A DNA stretch of 52,171 nucleotides, from the IMG/VR virus record IMGVR_UViG_3300016474_000658, positions 1 to 52,171 of that record; one strand, 5' to 3'. The translations under genes were made by a program, and so were the position numbers. The DNA is from a virus (lineage: Duplodnaviria > Caudoviricetes). The notes under the pieces were generated by a model. It was not told the DNA's origin and made no database searches. It saw only the letters and a list, made by a program, of their open reading frames with translations. Shown here piece after piece: positions 8,974-18,819 of this stretch. The stretch's first letter is position 1. Each line of letters opens with the position of its first letter.

Positions 8974-11900
8974 ATGCCAATAAATTTTAAAAAGCCAAAG
9001 CTTCAGAAAATCCAACAATTCTCTTCTCCATCAAATTATAATAATTGGATTCCTGGATTGTTTTCGGAAAATTATTTTGGAAATCTATTTCCTATTAATA
9101 GCGAAGAAGATTCTTTAGATCAAAATTTTAGGTTCGAAGAAAAAAATGTAAGTAATTTTGAAATTTCAATGAATAGATTTTTACTATTCTTATATTGCTT
9201 AAAGTCAAATCCTTTTTTGTTTGATAAGGCCGGAGCTACTATAGATTATGATAGAGATGAATTTTTGTTTACAACAGAATTGGCAGAATTTCTGCATGGA
9301 ATTCAAACTAATACAATAAAAAATAACATCAACTCATCACTAACAATAGAATTGGTTAAAAAGTATGCTCTAGATAATCTATTAGAGCTAAATCCTCAAA
9401 ATTTATCTAGCTTCTTAGATGTTGCTAAGACACAAGACTATATTGATAGAGTTTCTCGCAAGCTAAATGTTGTTACGTATGAGAGCGTTATTAAACATAC
9501 CTTATATAATAATTTAAAAGAAAACTCCTCTTTTTTCTTCAAAGAGGACACATCTTCTGGCTGGATTGATAGAGCTGCAAATTTATCTTATGGAGATTAT
9601 GATTATTTCATAGACGTAGAAGGCGGGCCAGATAATAAATCATTCCCAGTAATTTGTGTTTTATCTAAGAGTTTTAGTAAGGATGACAAAGAAAAAATAA
9701 TTAATAATTCTAATAAGTTTCTAACTAATGTTTTTGGAAGAAAAGTTAATAATAGTTGTTTGGCTAGAATTATAGGAATTCCAAATCAATTTGAAAATAA
9801 TTACAAGCTTATACCTTTACTAAAAAGCAAAAATAGCACTGAAAATTATTACAATGCAGTCTGCTTGGTATATGATTTTTCAAAAGTACTTTTGTCTGAG
9901 ACTAAAGTTAGAGACTTCTCTACTCATTCTCTGATAGAATGTGCTCTAGGATTTCTGACAAAGTATAAGATAGAGTTAAACAACATTAGAGATCTTAATA
10001 ATCTAAAAGAAAGTTTTTCAAGCTCAATAAACAAGTATTTTAATGATGATTCATTTTCTAAATATTCATTTACAATAGCTTATAAAGATAAACACAGCCA
10101 AGAAATTAACTCTAGAATTAATTTAGAGAAATTAGAAGAAATAAAAGCAAACATAAGTAATCCAATTAATATAGACAAGCAAGATCTAGCTAGCTCTTTT
10201 GAGACATATATAAATAATATCATAACAGAATATGAGTTTGGAAGAGATAGAAACATATATTTATCTGCTTATGGACAAAATGATTTAAAAGTTTATTTGC
10301 ATTTTGATTCTTTTTATAATCTGCTAGGAATAACGACAAGACCCTCCAAAAAAGAGGTCTCTAATTTAGGGCAATACTTCAGCCCATTTGTATTTCAAGA
10401 AAATATACTCAGTAATTTATTAACATTTGATTTATCAGAGACAAATGATGGAAAAACTAAGGCCGATTCTTTCTACGCAGTATATCAAGAACAACCAAGC
10501 AATACTGTTCCAAATAAAGAAAAAGAACTTTTAGATTTAACTGGCCATAAAATATGCTACATAACAAGAATATTAGAAAAACAAATTGCAGATAATTTTT
10601 CTGGTACAGCCAAGAGAATAGTTGCTGACCCAAAAAATCAAAGTAAAGTTATTTTCAAAGAAAATCTTAATCTAAGTAAAAAAATAAACTTTAAAATTTC
10701 AAAAGACATGATATTTGAAGAAGATAGGTTTATAGATAAAACTCTTGAATTTATAAGCCTATCTACAAATTATAGAGAAAATAGATATCAAACTCTGTCA
10801 TTCCAGACATTAAATCATTATTTATATATTTCACCGAGTATTGAAAAGAATCTTTCGTCTGCTTCAGGAGAGGCAGATTTAAGCAGTTTTGCGTCATTAC
10901 ACTATCCAGTGTTATCAATATTAAAGAAAAAAGAAGAAGAAATTGGCCTTTTAGAAGGGTTGCAAGTTCTACCAGATTTTGAAATATCACAAGATATTTT
11001 AATAGTATCACAAGAAACACAAAAAGCGTTTTCTTTATTAAAAGGTATATTTGCTCAAAAAGATACTTTAAATATAAATTTACAACATTACGCAATAAGC
11101 TCGTTGCCTTGTTATGCTGATTTGCTATTGTTAATACCAGAATTTTCTAAAGTAAAAAATACGAGAGATCTAGTTTTATTAATATTTCAATTAGTAGATA
11201 AATTACCTCTTCTTGATATTTTTTCCCTCTTAATGAAGGACACAATAGATAAACTAGTAAAACTTGGTGAAACACAACAGCAAGCTTGTTATCCAGCTCC
11301 TGCAAAAACTAATTTGACTCCAGATGACCTTTTAAGAGACTTAGAATATCTTAAATCTTTATACTATAATGTTGTTTCATCGGCTTTGCAGGTAGAAGGA
11401 ATTTTATCAGAAATCCCCAGACTACCAACGATAGATATTTTTAAAATAATAATGGTAAAAATATTTTTTGCCTTTATGAACATTGCTATGAATTGGGTAT
11501 TATCTTTTATTTCAAAGAAGCTTAGAAAATATCTAGAAAAATTTTGTACAGTAGATTATAGCCTACTTGAAATCTTACAAGACAAAAATCAAGTAGTTGA
11601 TTTAGGATTTAGACCGAAGTTAGTTGCTGATTCGTTCGGCTCTGTTGCTGGATCGGGTGGAGCACTTGACACAGTAGATGTTAATATAGATATTAATACT
11701 CTGATAGACTTAACCAAAAAAGCTACTAGAGAGTTTGTTTATAATAAATTTGCAGATAAGTATTTTATTAATAAAACTCCTGAGAACCTAGATGAGATAT
11801 CTAATTTCCTTTATGAAATAAGCAATGCCGTTGATGCATTTGAGCTGGCCTCTTTGTTAAGAGGTATTCAAACTCAGCAGACAACAAGCAATCTAATAGA

Positions 11901-12975
11901 TTTTATAAAGTTGTCTAGCTTTTCATTTAAAGACAGATTTTTTGATTCGGCATCTATAGCAGAGTTATTTTTGTTTTTATCAGAATATTGTGATTATAGA
12001 TTTTGCTATGATTTCCTAGCAAATTCATTGGAAAATTATGCTGGCAGCATTTGTTCTCCTCAAAACTCAAGAAAAGACAGAATAGATGCAGAATTGAATT
12101 CTCTCGGAGGATTAGATAGAGATGCCAATTCTATAATAAGAGATCAGATTTTTGATTTACAAAAAGAATTAGATGAGATATGCGTAATTGATACTGATTT
12201 GAAAATTGACATATTTAAGGATGGACCTAGATTATTAGCAAGTAGCTTTAATAAAATTATGTCTTTGCCGTTTAATACAGTAATAGAATTTCAACAAAAT
12301 GTTCTAGATTATGAATTAGGTAAAGACGAAGATGGTTTAGACCTCGATGCAGATCAGAAAAAAGTTCTAGGAAATAGATTATTTAATAAAGAAACGTTGG
12401 TATCTAATTTCTTTATTGATTTTAAAGGCAACTTTAAATCAGTATCATCAAAATACTATCCTTCTATTAATATTGCAGAACTATATAAGATACTTTCGGA
12501 TTATCCGTTAAATATAACCACAGAAACTTTAGGATCAACTTCTGGTCAAATAGATCTAGTAACTGCTGAATCTATATGGAATTATTTAGATATATCAGTA
12601 AAAGATAAAATAATATTAAAACAATTTGTAAAAAATGGATTAATATTACATTTGGATATCGCTACAGCGAAATATAATATTAAACAATCACTTGAAAAAT
12701 TAGGAATTTCAAAAGATTATGATGAAGAAAGATTAAATAACATAGTTTATAGACAATTTGTTTCTTATCCTCTTTTAACATCTGAAATATTATATAATAA
12801 AATAGATCAACAAACATTTGGAGACGGTTATCGGGATTTTATTTATAACGTAGATTATCTCAGAAACTTATCTCTCGAAATAGAGGATAATATTAAAAAC
12901 GCTACAAATCTTGATCTTCAAGATGATGAAACTTTATTATTTTCATACATAGATAAAATTAAGGAATTGCAATGA
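8974..12975 (+). CDS. Large hypothetical protein (probably virion/baseplate associated)
   Basis: 1333-aa uninterrupted ORF between spike-like and gp25-like genes; function not recognised. Confidence 0.6.
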   Translation: MPINFKKPKLQKIQQFSSPSNYNNWIPGLFSENYFGNLFPINSEEDSLDQNFRFEEKNVSNFEISMNRFLLFLYCLKSNPFLFDKAGATIDYDRDEFLFTTELAEFLHGIQTNTIKNNINSSLTIELVKKYALDNLLELNPQNLSSFLDVAKTQDYIDRVSRKLNVVTYESVIKHTLYNNLKENSSFFFKEDTSSGWIDRAANLSYGDYDYFIDVEGGPDNKSFPVICVLSKSFSKDDKEKIINNSNKFLTNVFGRKVNNSCLARIIGIPNQFENNYKLIPLLKSKNSTENYYNAVCLVYDFSKVLLSETKVRDFSTHSLIECALGFLTKYKIELNNIRDLNNLKESFSSSINKYFNDDSFSKYSFTIAYKDKHSQEINSRINLEKLEEIKANISNPINIDKQDLASSFETYINNIITEYEFGRDRNIYLSAYGQNDLKVYLHFDSFYNLLGITTRPSKKEVSNLGQYFSPFVFQENILSNLLTFDLSETNDGKTKADSFYAVYQEQPSNTVPNKEKELLDLTGHKICYITRILEKQIADNFSGTAKRIVADPKNQSKVIFKENLNLSKKINFKISKDMIFEEDRFIDKTLEFISLSTNYRENRYQTLSFQTLNHYLYISPSIEKNLSSASGEADLSSFASLHYPVLSILKKKEEEIGLLEGLQVLPDFEISQDILIVSQETQKAFSLLKGIFAQKDTLNINLQHYAISSLPCYADLLLLIPEFSKVKNTRDLVLLIFQLVDKLPLLDIFSLLMKDTIDKLVKLGETQQQACYPAPAKTNLTPDDLLRDLEYLKSLYYNVVSSALQVEGILSEIPRLPTIDIFKIIMVKIFFAFMNIAMNWVLSFISKKLRKYLEKFCTVDYSLLEILQDKNQVVDLGFRPKLVADSFGSVAGSGGALDTVDVNIDINTLIDLTKKATREFVYNKFADKYFINKTPENLDEISNFLYEISNAVDAFELASLLRGIQTQQTTSNLIDFIKLSSFSFKDRFFDSASIAELFLFLSEYCDYRFCYDFLANSLENYAGSICSPQNSRKDRIDAELNSLGGLDRDANSIIRDQIFDLQKELDEICVIDTDLKIDIFKDGPRLLASSFNKIMSLPFNTVIEFQQNVLDYELGKDEDGLDLDADQKKVLGNRLFNKETLVSNFFIDFKGNFKSVSSKYYPSINIAELYKILSDYPLNITTETLGSTSGQIDLVTAESIWNYLDISVKDKIILKQFVKNGLILHLDIATAKYNIKQSLEKLGISKDYDEERLNNIVYRQFVSYPLLTSEILYNKIDQQTFGDGYRDFIYNVDYLRNLSLEIEDNIKNATNLDLQDDETLLFSYIDKIKELQ

Positions 12976-15203
12976 TAGGCTTTAAATACACAAATATAAA
13001 AATTCAGACAGCATATATAAAGTTTATGATATATTCTTATCTACATAATTTATTTTTGTTGAAGCCGGGATTTTATTTCCAATTCATTTTAACAGAGTTT
13101 TCTAGAGATTCTCTATCTGGAGAAAAATCAAAAGAGCAATTTAATAAATTTATAAATGATAATATTAAAATAGTAGATGTTTTTTATGAAGTAATTGAAC
13201 AGATTGTTGGAATTAAAAATTCTAATAAAATGAAAAAATATATATGGCTAACTTGTGTCTTGAATAAAGATATAAAAACTAATTTTAATTTGCTATCTGA
13301 TGATGAGATAGAGAAGATTGGAAGACAAGAAGTAATAAATTTAATGTTTGATACATTTTTTATTGTTTTGGGTGACATACAGAAAAAATATAAAATACAA
13401 TTACAAGATATAAAGTCAGAATTATATGAAAAGCTAAAAAAAGACATAAATGAAAAGGCGTTGATATCCAAAACATTTACGAAGTTCGATGGATCTATAG
13501 AAAATCTAATAGATTCTTGTTTCTTTATAGAAAATATAGAAGATGTTTATAATTTTAATAAAAGACCTCTATTTGTAACGTATCCGAATAACTTTACTTT
13601 AACTCAAAAGAATAAATATACCATATATGATCCTCAAAGCGGCGGCTCTAGTGAAGTAGGTAAAGAACTTATTAATTTATTAAACCCAAAGTTTGGCGAT
13701 GTACCAACTCAGATAAATGAATTATTGAATCAAGACTATTTTACTTATACTTTTCCTTATAATGATTTTTCAATAAATACATTTTTTAAAAATGCCGAAA
13801 AAGGCTATGAGTTTTTTAAAATAGATTTAAATAATATAGTTGAAGATGTTGGATACAAAGGATTGTCTGGACAAGTATTTTTTAAAATAAAAGATCAAGT
13901 TGATGTACAGTTTAGGTGTGGTTCTGAAGCATCTAAAAATCCTATTACATTATCCTTTAGAGACAGTAAAAGGAGTGATGATTTTATATATGTTCAAAAG
14001 TTTTTTGAACCAGGAGATAAATCATATTTAGATTTAGAACAATTCATATTTGTTAGATATGATTATATTAAGTCTATTCTTAAAAACGATAAAGAAGGAA
14101 CTATAGAATTAGATAAAAATTTTGATACAAACTCATACACTGGAATTAAATTTATCGAAGGAAAAGAGATATATGATCTAGAAAATAATATTAGAAAATC
14201 TAATTTAGATATAGGATTTTTAGCATTAATACCAATTAAAAAAGCTGATAGTAAATATATTAAAGAAGTATTGAATAGCAATTATTCAAAAATGATCGTA
14301 GGAACGTTTAGTGAAGATCAAAGAAATTTAAGAATGTCTTATGGAGACCTTACTAGAATATTTTGTAAAAATTGGATAGTAAAAGAAAATGACTTTTCTA
14401 AATTTTATGAAGATACTAATAAACTTCCAAAAGTTAAATTTGGACCTGGTTTTAATATAGATCTTGATGATATAATAGATTGCTATTTCTCTGTATATTT
14501 TAACGAATTTAATGTATCAAATCTTTATAGAGATATTAATACTTATGATTACACAGCCAAAGATATTTTAGATTTTACAACAGTAGGTTTACTAATTAAG
14601 ACCCCTGAAGGAACTTCGTTACAAAAATATGACTTTAGTAAAATTAATAATAAAGAAGGAACATTTTCTTTATTATTAAGTAATTCAGTTCAGAAAAAAT
14701 TAATGGAACAGATTCCAAAAAAACCTTCTTTGTTTTTACAAATTCAAAAAAAGTTCGTTACAGCGGTTAAAATAGGTAATAAAAACAAAAAAATATTTGT
14801 TAAAGATTTTAAATATAATAATGATATAAAATATGATTTTTCTAGATTATATGATTATGAAACTCTCGAAAAAAATGATATATTTGCTAACAATAGAACG
14901 CCAGATTCGGTATTCCTAGAATATTTAAAAAAAGAGTTTATGGAAGATATTGTCGAGTTTATGAAAAAAAATACCAGCGAAGAAGAGAAAGAAATATTAC
15001 TTGGATTTTTTCCAGCTCTAGCAGATCCGCAGAACAATTTAATAGCTAAATTATCTACTAATATAAATTTAGCAGATATTAAAAGTATTTATAATAGTAA
15101 TAAATTTAAAAATACAAGAGCTTATAAAAATATGGCAGATTTTATAAACTACTATAAGAACTCGGTAGAAAGTTTAGCCAAGGAGTTGCAAGATAATGTT
15201 TAA
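12972..15203 (+). CDS. Large hypothetical protein
   Basis: 743-aa ORF, ATGA-coupled to previous gene, overlaps gp25-like start. Confidence 0.6.
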   Translation: MIGFKYTNIKIQTAYIKFMIYSYLHNLFLLKPGFYFQFILTEFSRDSLSGEKSKEQFNKFINDNIKIVDVFYEVIEQIVGIKNSNKMKKYIWLTCVLNKDIKTNFNLLSDDEIEKIGRQEVINLMFDTFFIVLGDIQKKYKIQLQDIKSELYEKLKKDINEKALISKTFTKFDGSIENLIDSCFFIENIEDVYNFNKRPLFVTYPNNFTLTQKNKYTIYDPQSGGSSEVGKELINLLNPKFGDVPTQINELLNQDYFTYTFPYNDFSINTFFKNAEKGYEFFKIDLNNIVEDVGYKGLSGQVFFKIKDQVDVQFRCGSEASKNPITLSFRDSKRSDDFIYVQKFFEPGDKSYLDLEQFIFVRYDYIKSILKNDKEGTIELDKNFDTNSYTGIKFIEGKEIYDLENNIRKSNLDIGFLALIPIKKADSKYIKEVLNSNYSKMIVGTFSEDQRNLRMSYGDLTRIFCKNWIVKENDFSKFYEDTNKLPKVKFGPGFNIDLDDIIDCYFSVYFNEFNVSNLYRDINTYDYTAKDILDFTTVGLLIKTPEGTSLQKYDFSKINNKEGTFSLLLSNSVQKKLMEQIPKKPSLFLQIQKKFVTAVKIGNKNKKIFVKDFKYNNDIKYDFSRLYDYETLEKNDIFANNRTPDSVFLEYLKKEFMEDIVEFMKKNTSEEEKEILLGFFPALADPQNNLIAKLSTNINLADIKSIYNSNKFKNTRAYKNMADFINYYKNSVESLAKELQDNV

Positions 15204-15567
15204 AGGATATTCTGTAGCCCTACCGTTTGTATACAATAAAGAAGATGGGCCATTTTCTTTAAATAAAAATATGATAGATGTAGTTAAGCAAAATTTAAAA
15301 ACTCTAATACTTACTGAAAGAGGCGAGAGAATAATGCTGCCAAATTTTGGAGTTGGGTTAAGAAAATTTTTATTTGAGAATATGAGCGATACAGTAAATG
15401 TTCAAATAGAACAAGAAATAGTAGAGCAGGTAAGAAGGTATATGCCTTTTATTAACATTCGCAAAGTATCAGTCTTGGAAGACCCAAATAACTTAAATAA
15501 GCTATATGTCTCGGTAGAGTTTGTTATTCCAGCGCTTAACGCTTCCGAAGTATTACAAGTAGGCTAG
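15196..15567 (+). CDS. Baseplate wedge protein, T4 gp25-like (GPW/gp25 family)
   Basis: VKQNLKTLILTERGERIMLPNFGVGLRKFLFE ... RYMPFI signature. Confidence 0.92.
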   Translation: MFKGYSVALPFVYNKEDGPFSLNKNMIDVVKQNLKTLILTERGERIMLPNFGVGLRKFLFENMSDTVNVQIEQEIVEQVRRYMPFINIRKVSVLEDPNNLNKLYVSVEFVIPALNASEVLQVG

Positions 15568-15577
15568 GAGTTATATA

Positions 15578-17368
15578 ATGCCAAAAACAAGACCACCAAT
15601 TTCCTATACGAGTAGAGATTTTGAATCAATCAAAAAAGAGTTAGTAAACTATGTAAAAGTTTATTATCCTGATACGTATAAGGATTTTAACGATTCCTCA
15701 TTTGGCGCTATGATGTTGGACCTAGTAGCTTATACTGGAGATATACTTTCATATTACCTAGACTACCAGATGAATGAGACTTTCCTCGAAACTTCTATTC
15801 AAGAAAATAATGTATTAAAAATTGCTAAGCAGATGGGATATAAACTTCCTGGATATCCATCTTCAAATGGTATATGCTCTTTTTATGTTGCAGTTCCTGC
15901 ACAGACTAACGGATTCCAGCCTGATTTAGATCTAGTTCCAATTTTAAAAGAGGGAACAATATTATCTTCCGAATCTGGTGCTACATTTATTTTGGCAGAA
16001 GATGTAGATTTCAATAAAACGACCTCTGAGATTAAAGTAGGAGATGTTAGCGCAAATGGAACACCAGTAAATTATATCTATAAAGCGTTTGGTAGAGTGG
16101 TTTCTGGTGAAGTAAAAACAAAAACTTTTGACGTAGGAGATTATGTAAAATATTATTCGCTAGAAATTGGCGAATCAAATATAAGCGAAATCGTATCGAT
16201 CACCGATTCGGACGGAAATGAATACTATGAAGTAGATTATCTCGCCCAAGATACTGTATACAAGCCGGTAAAAAACTTTGGCCCAGATTCTGCAACGGTT
16301 CCTTTTATTTTAAAACAATTTCAAACTTATAGAAGATATACCACAGAATTTGATATAAATGGAAACTGCAAAGTTCAATTTGGAGGTGGCTCTGAATCTG
16401 ATTTTGTAGAAAATAACTTTATTGATCCGACATCTGTAGTGTTAAATTTTTATGGTAAAAACTATGACTCTGATCTAACGTTTGACCCAAATCAAATTGT
16501 TAAATCAGAAAAACTAGGTATCTCTCCAGCAAATACAACATTAACAATTAAATATAGATCAAATCCTTCATCAAATTCAAACGTTCCAGCTGGATCTATA
16601 AATTCTGTATCTACTCCAATCATAGAATTTAGATCAAGTACTTACTCAACTTCTGAAGGCTTATCATTGATATCTTCATTCGAGGTTGAAAACGAAGATA
16701 TTATTGTTGGATTTGTAGATGTTCCAACCATTGATGAAGTTAGATTAAGAGCATTGGGAGCTTCTTCTTCTCAAAATAGAGCTGTAACGAAACAAGATTA
16801 TATAAATTTAATTTATAGAATGCCAGGGAAATATGGAGCTGTTAAAAGAGTAAATGTTCTTCAAGATCCGAATTCAATAAAAAGAGATATAAATATTTAT
16901 ATTGTATCTTCTAATCAAGATAATGAACTATCTGTATCAACTAGTACATTAAAACAAAATATAAAAAATTGGATTTCAAACTATAAGATGATTAATGATG
17001 TAGTAGATATTTTAGATGCTACCATAATAAATATAGGAATAGATTTTGAAATAGTTGTGGAGTTAAATAAGGATGTTAATGCTGTATTAGCAGAGTGTCT
17101 TTCTGCTCTAAAAAATAGATTTGCTAAGAAATTTGAAATTGGAGAGCCAGTTTATTTAACAGATATATATAAAATTCTAAATAATGTAAAGCATGTTGTT
17201 GATACCAGAAATGTAATGATTTCGGAAAAGACTGGTGCTGGCTATAGTAGTGCTCAATACTCTGTTAGAGAAAACCTTTCTAAAGACGGAAGATATCTAG
17301 CAATACCACAAACACACATATTTGAGATTAAAGATCTTGATTTAGATATTAAAGGAGTTGCAGTCTAA
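15578..17368 (+). CDS. Baseplate wedge protein, T4 gp6-like (baseplate J family)
   Basis: YTSRDFESIKKEL, DLVAYTGDILSYYLD, AKQMGYK, VQFG, QNRAVTKQDY. Confidence 0.9.
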   Translation: MPKTRPPISYTSRDFESIKKELVNYVKVYYPDTYKDFNDSSFGAMMLDLVAYTGDILSYYLDYQMNETFLETSIQENNVLKIAKQMGYKLPGYPSSNGICSFYVAVPAQTNGFQPDLDLVPILKEGTILSSESGATFILAEDVDFNKTTSEIKVGDVSANGTPVNYIYKAFGRVVSGEVKTKTFDVGDYVKYYSLEIGESNISEIVSITDSDGNEYYEVDYLAQDTVYKPVKNFGPDSATVPFILKQFQTYRRYTTEFDINGNCKVQFGGGSESDFVENNFIDPTSVVLNFYGKNYDSDLTFDPNQIVKSEKLGISPANTTLTIKYRSNPSSNSNVPAGSINSVSTPIIEFRSSTYSTSEGLSLISSFEVENEDIIVGFVDVPTIDEVRLRALGASSSQNRAVTKQDYINLIYRMPGKYGAVKRVNVLQDPNSIKRDINIYIVSSNQDNELSVSTSTLKQNIKNWISNYKMINDVVDILDATIINIGIDFEIVVELNKDVNAVLAECLSALKNRFAKKFEIGEPVYLTDIYKILNNVKHVVDTRNVMISEKTGAGYSSAQYSVRENLSKDGRYLAIPQTHIFEIKDLDLDIKGVAV

Positions 17369-18819
17369 TGGCAATTAAAAGATATGTAGCTAGTGCTGAT
17401 AATACAATTACAAATGCCTTTGATTCAACTTTGTCTCAGAGAGGCACTGGCTCTAACATGGGAGCTTCCGACATACTAGAAGTTTTTACGATATATGGAC
17501 AGAATAGTTCTAGTTCAGGATATACCAGAGAAGAATCCAGAATCCTAATAAATTTTTCAACTTCTCAAATTATAAGCGATAGAAGCTTGGGGTATGTTCC
17601 TCCATCTGGATCGGTAAATTTTTTTTTAAAGCTTTATAATGCAGAGCACGGTCAAACAACTTCAGACCAATTTACTATCAAGGTATTGCCGGTTTCTTCT
17701 TCTTGGACAGAAGGATTTGGGCTTGATATGGATGAGTATTCGGATAAGGGTTTCTCTAATTGGGTAAGTTCATCATCAACCACAGCCTGGGTAAATCAGG
17801 GCGGAGATTATTTATCTGGGTCTGGTGCATTTACTGGATCTCAATTCTTTGTAGAAGGCACAGAAGACCTAGATGTTGATATAACTTCACAGGTAGAGGA
17901 GTGGATCAAAGGAACTACTGGATCATTCGGATTAGGAGTTTTAATAAGCTCAGAAAACACAGCAGAAACAAGATCTTATTACACTAAAAAGTTTTTTGGC
18001 AGAGGAAGCGAATTTTTATTATGGAGACCGCACATAGAGGCAAGATGGAATTCGCAAGTTTCTGATGATCGTGGAAACTTTTATATTAGCAGTTCTCTAT
18101 TATCTAATGAAAATATAAATACAGTATATTTGTACAATTATAAGAATGGCAAAGCAACTAATATTCCATCAATAGGAACCGGATCTATATATGTAAAAAT
18201 TTACGAAACTCTTGGCGGCTCTCCAAGTACAATGCCAATTGCTGGTGGAGTAGTATCAGGGAACCTATCAGTTATAACTGGTGGCTGGGTTTCTACTGGA
18301 GTATACTCTGCTTCTTTCGCATATACAGGCTCTGCTTCCACAATTTATGATGTATGGCAAAATTCTTCTGGAAATACTATATTTCATACTGGAACAATAG
18401 ATACTATTTCTTATGAGGCTTCTAATAGCGCAGAAACGCAAAATTATATTTTAAAAATTAAGAATGCTCAAACAAAATATAGTCTTAAGGATAAAGTAAG
18501 ATTTAAATTATTTATTAGAGAAAAAGATTGGCATCCAACAAGTTATGTTGTTTCTACCAAAGATATTGAACCAACTGTAATTGAAAAATGTTATTACAGT
18601 CTATTTAGAGTACAAGATAGTTTTGAAGTTATTCCATATGGAACTGGCAGTACTCAACACACTCTTTTGTCTTTTGATGTAGATGGAAATTATTTTGATT
18701 TTGATATGTCTATTCTAGAAAAAGGTTATATATACGGATTTAAATTTGCATTCGATCTACAACAAAATGGGGAAATTGAAGAACAACCATATGTCTTTAA
18801 ATTTAGAGTAGAAGAATGA
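17368..18819 (+). CDS. Putative virion structural protein, Ser/Gly/Thr-rich beta protein
   Basis: Follows gp6-like gene; SRILINF, LKLYNAE, WVNQGGDY, DITSQVEEW pattern reminiscent of DNRLRE-type beta domains. Confidence 0.55.
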   Translation: MAIKRYVASADNTITNAFDSTLSQRGTGSNMGASDILEVFTIYGQNSSSSGYTREESRILINFSTSQIISDRSLGYVPPSGSVNFFLKLYNAEHGQTTSDQFTIKVLPVSSSWTEGFGLDMDEYSDKGFSNWVSSSSTTAWVNQGGDYLSGSGAFTGSQFFVEGTEDLDVDITSQVEEWIKGTTGSFGLGVLISSENTAETRSYYTKKFFGRGSEFLLWRPHIEARWNSQVSDDRGNFYISSSLLSNENINTVYLYNYKNGKATNIPSIGTGSIYVKIYETLGGSPSTMPIAGGVVSGNLSVITGGWVSTGVYSASFAYTGSASTIYDVWQNSSGNTIFHTGTIDTISYEASNSAETQNYILKIKNAQTKYSLKDKVRFKLFIREKDWHPTSYVVSTKDIEPTVIEKCYYSLFRVQDSFEVIPYGTGSTQHTLLSFDVDGNYFDFDMSILEKGYIYGFKFAFDLQQNGEIEEQPYVFKFRVEE

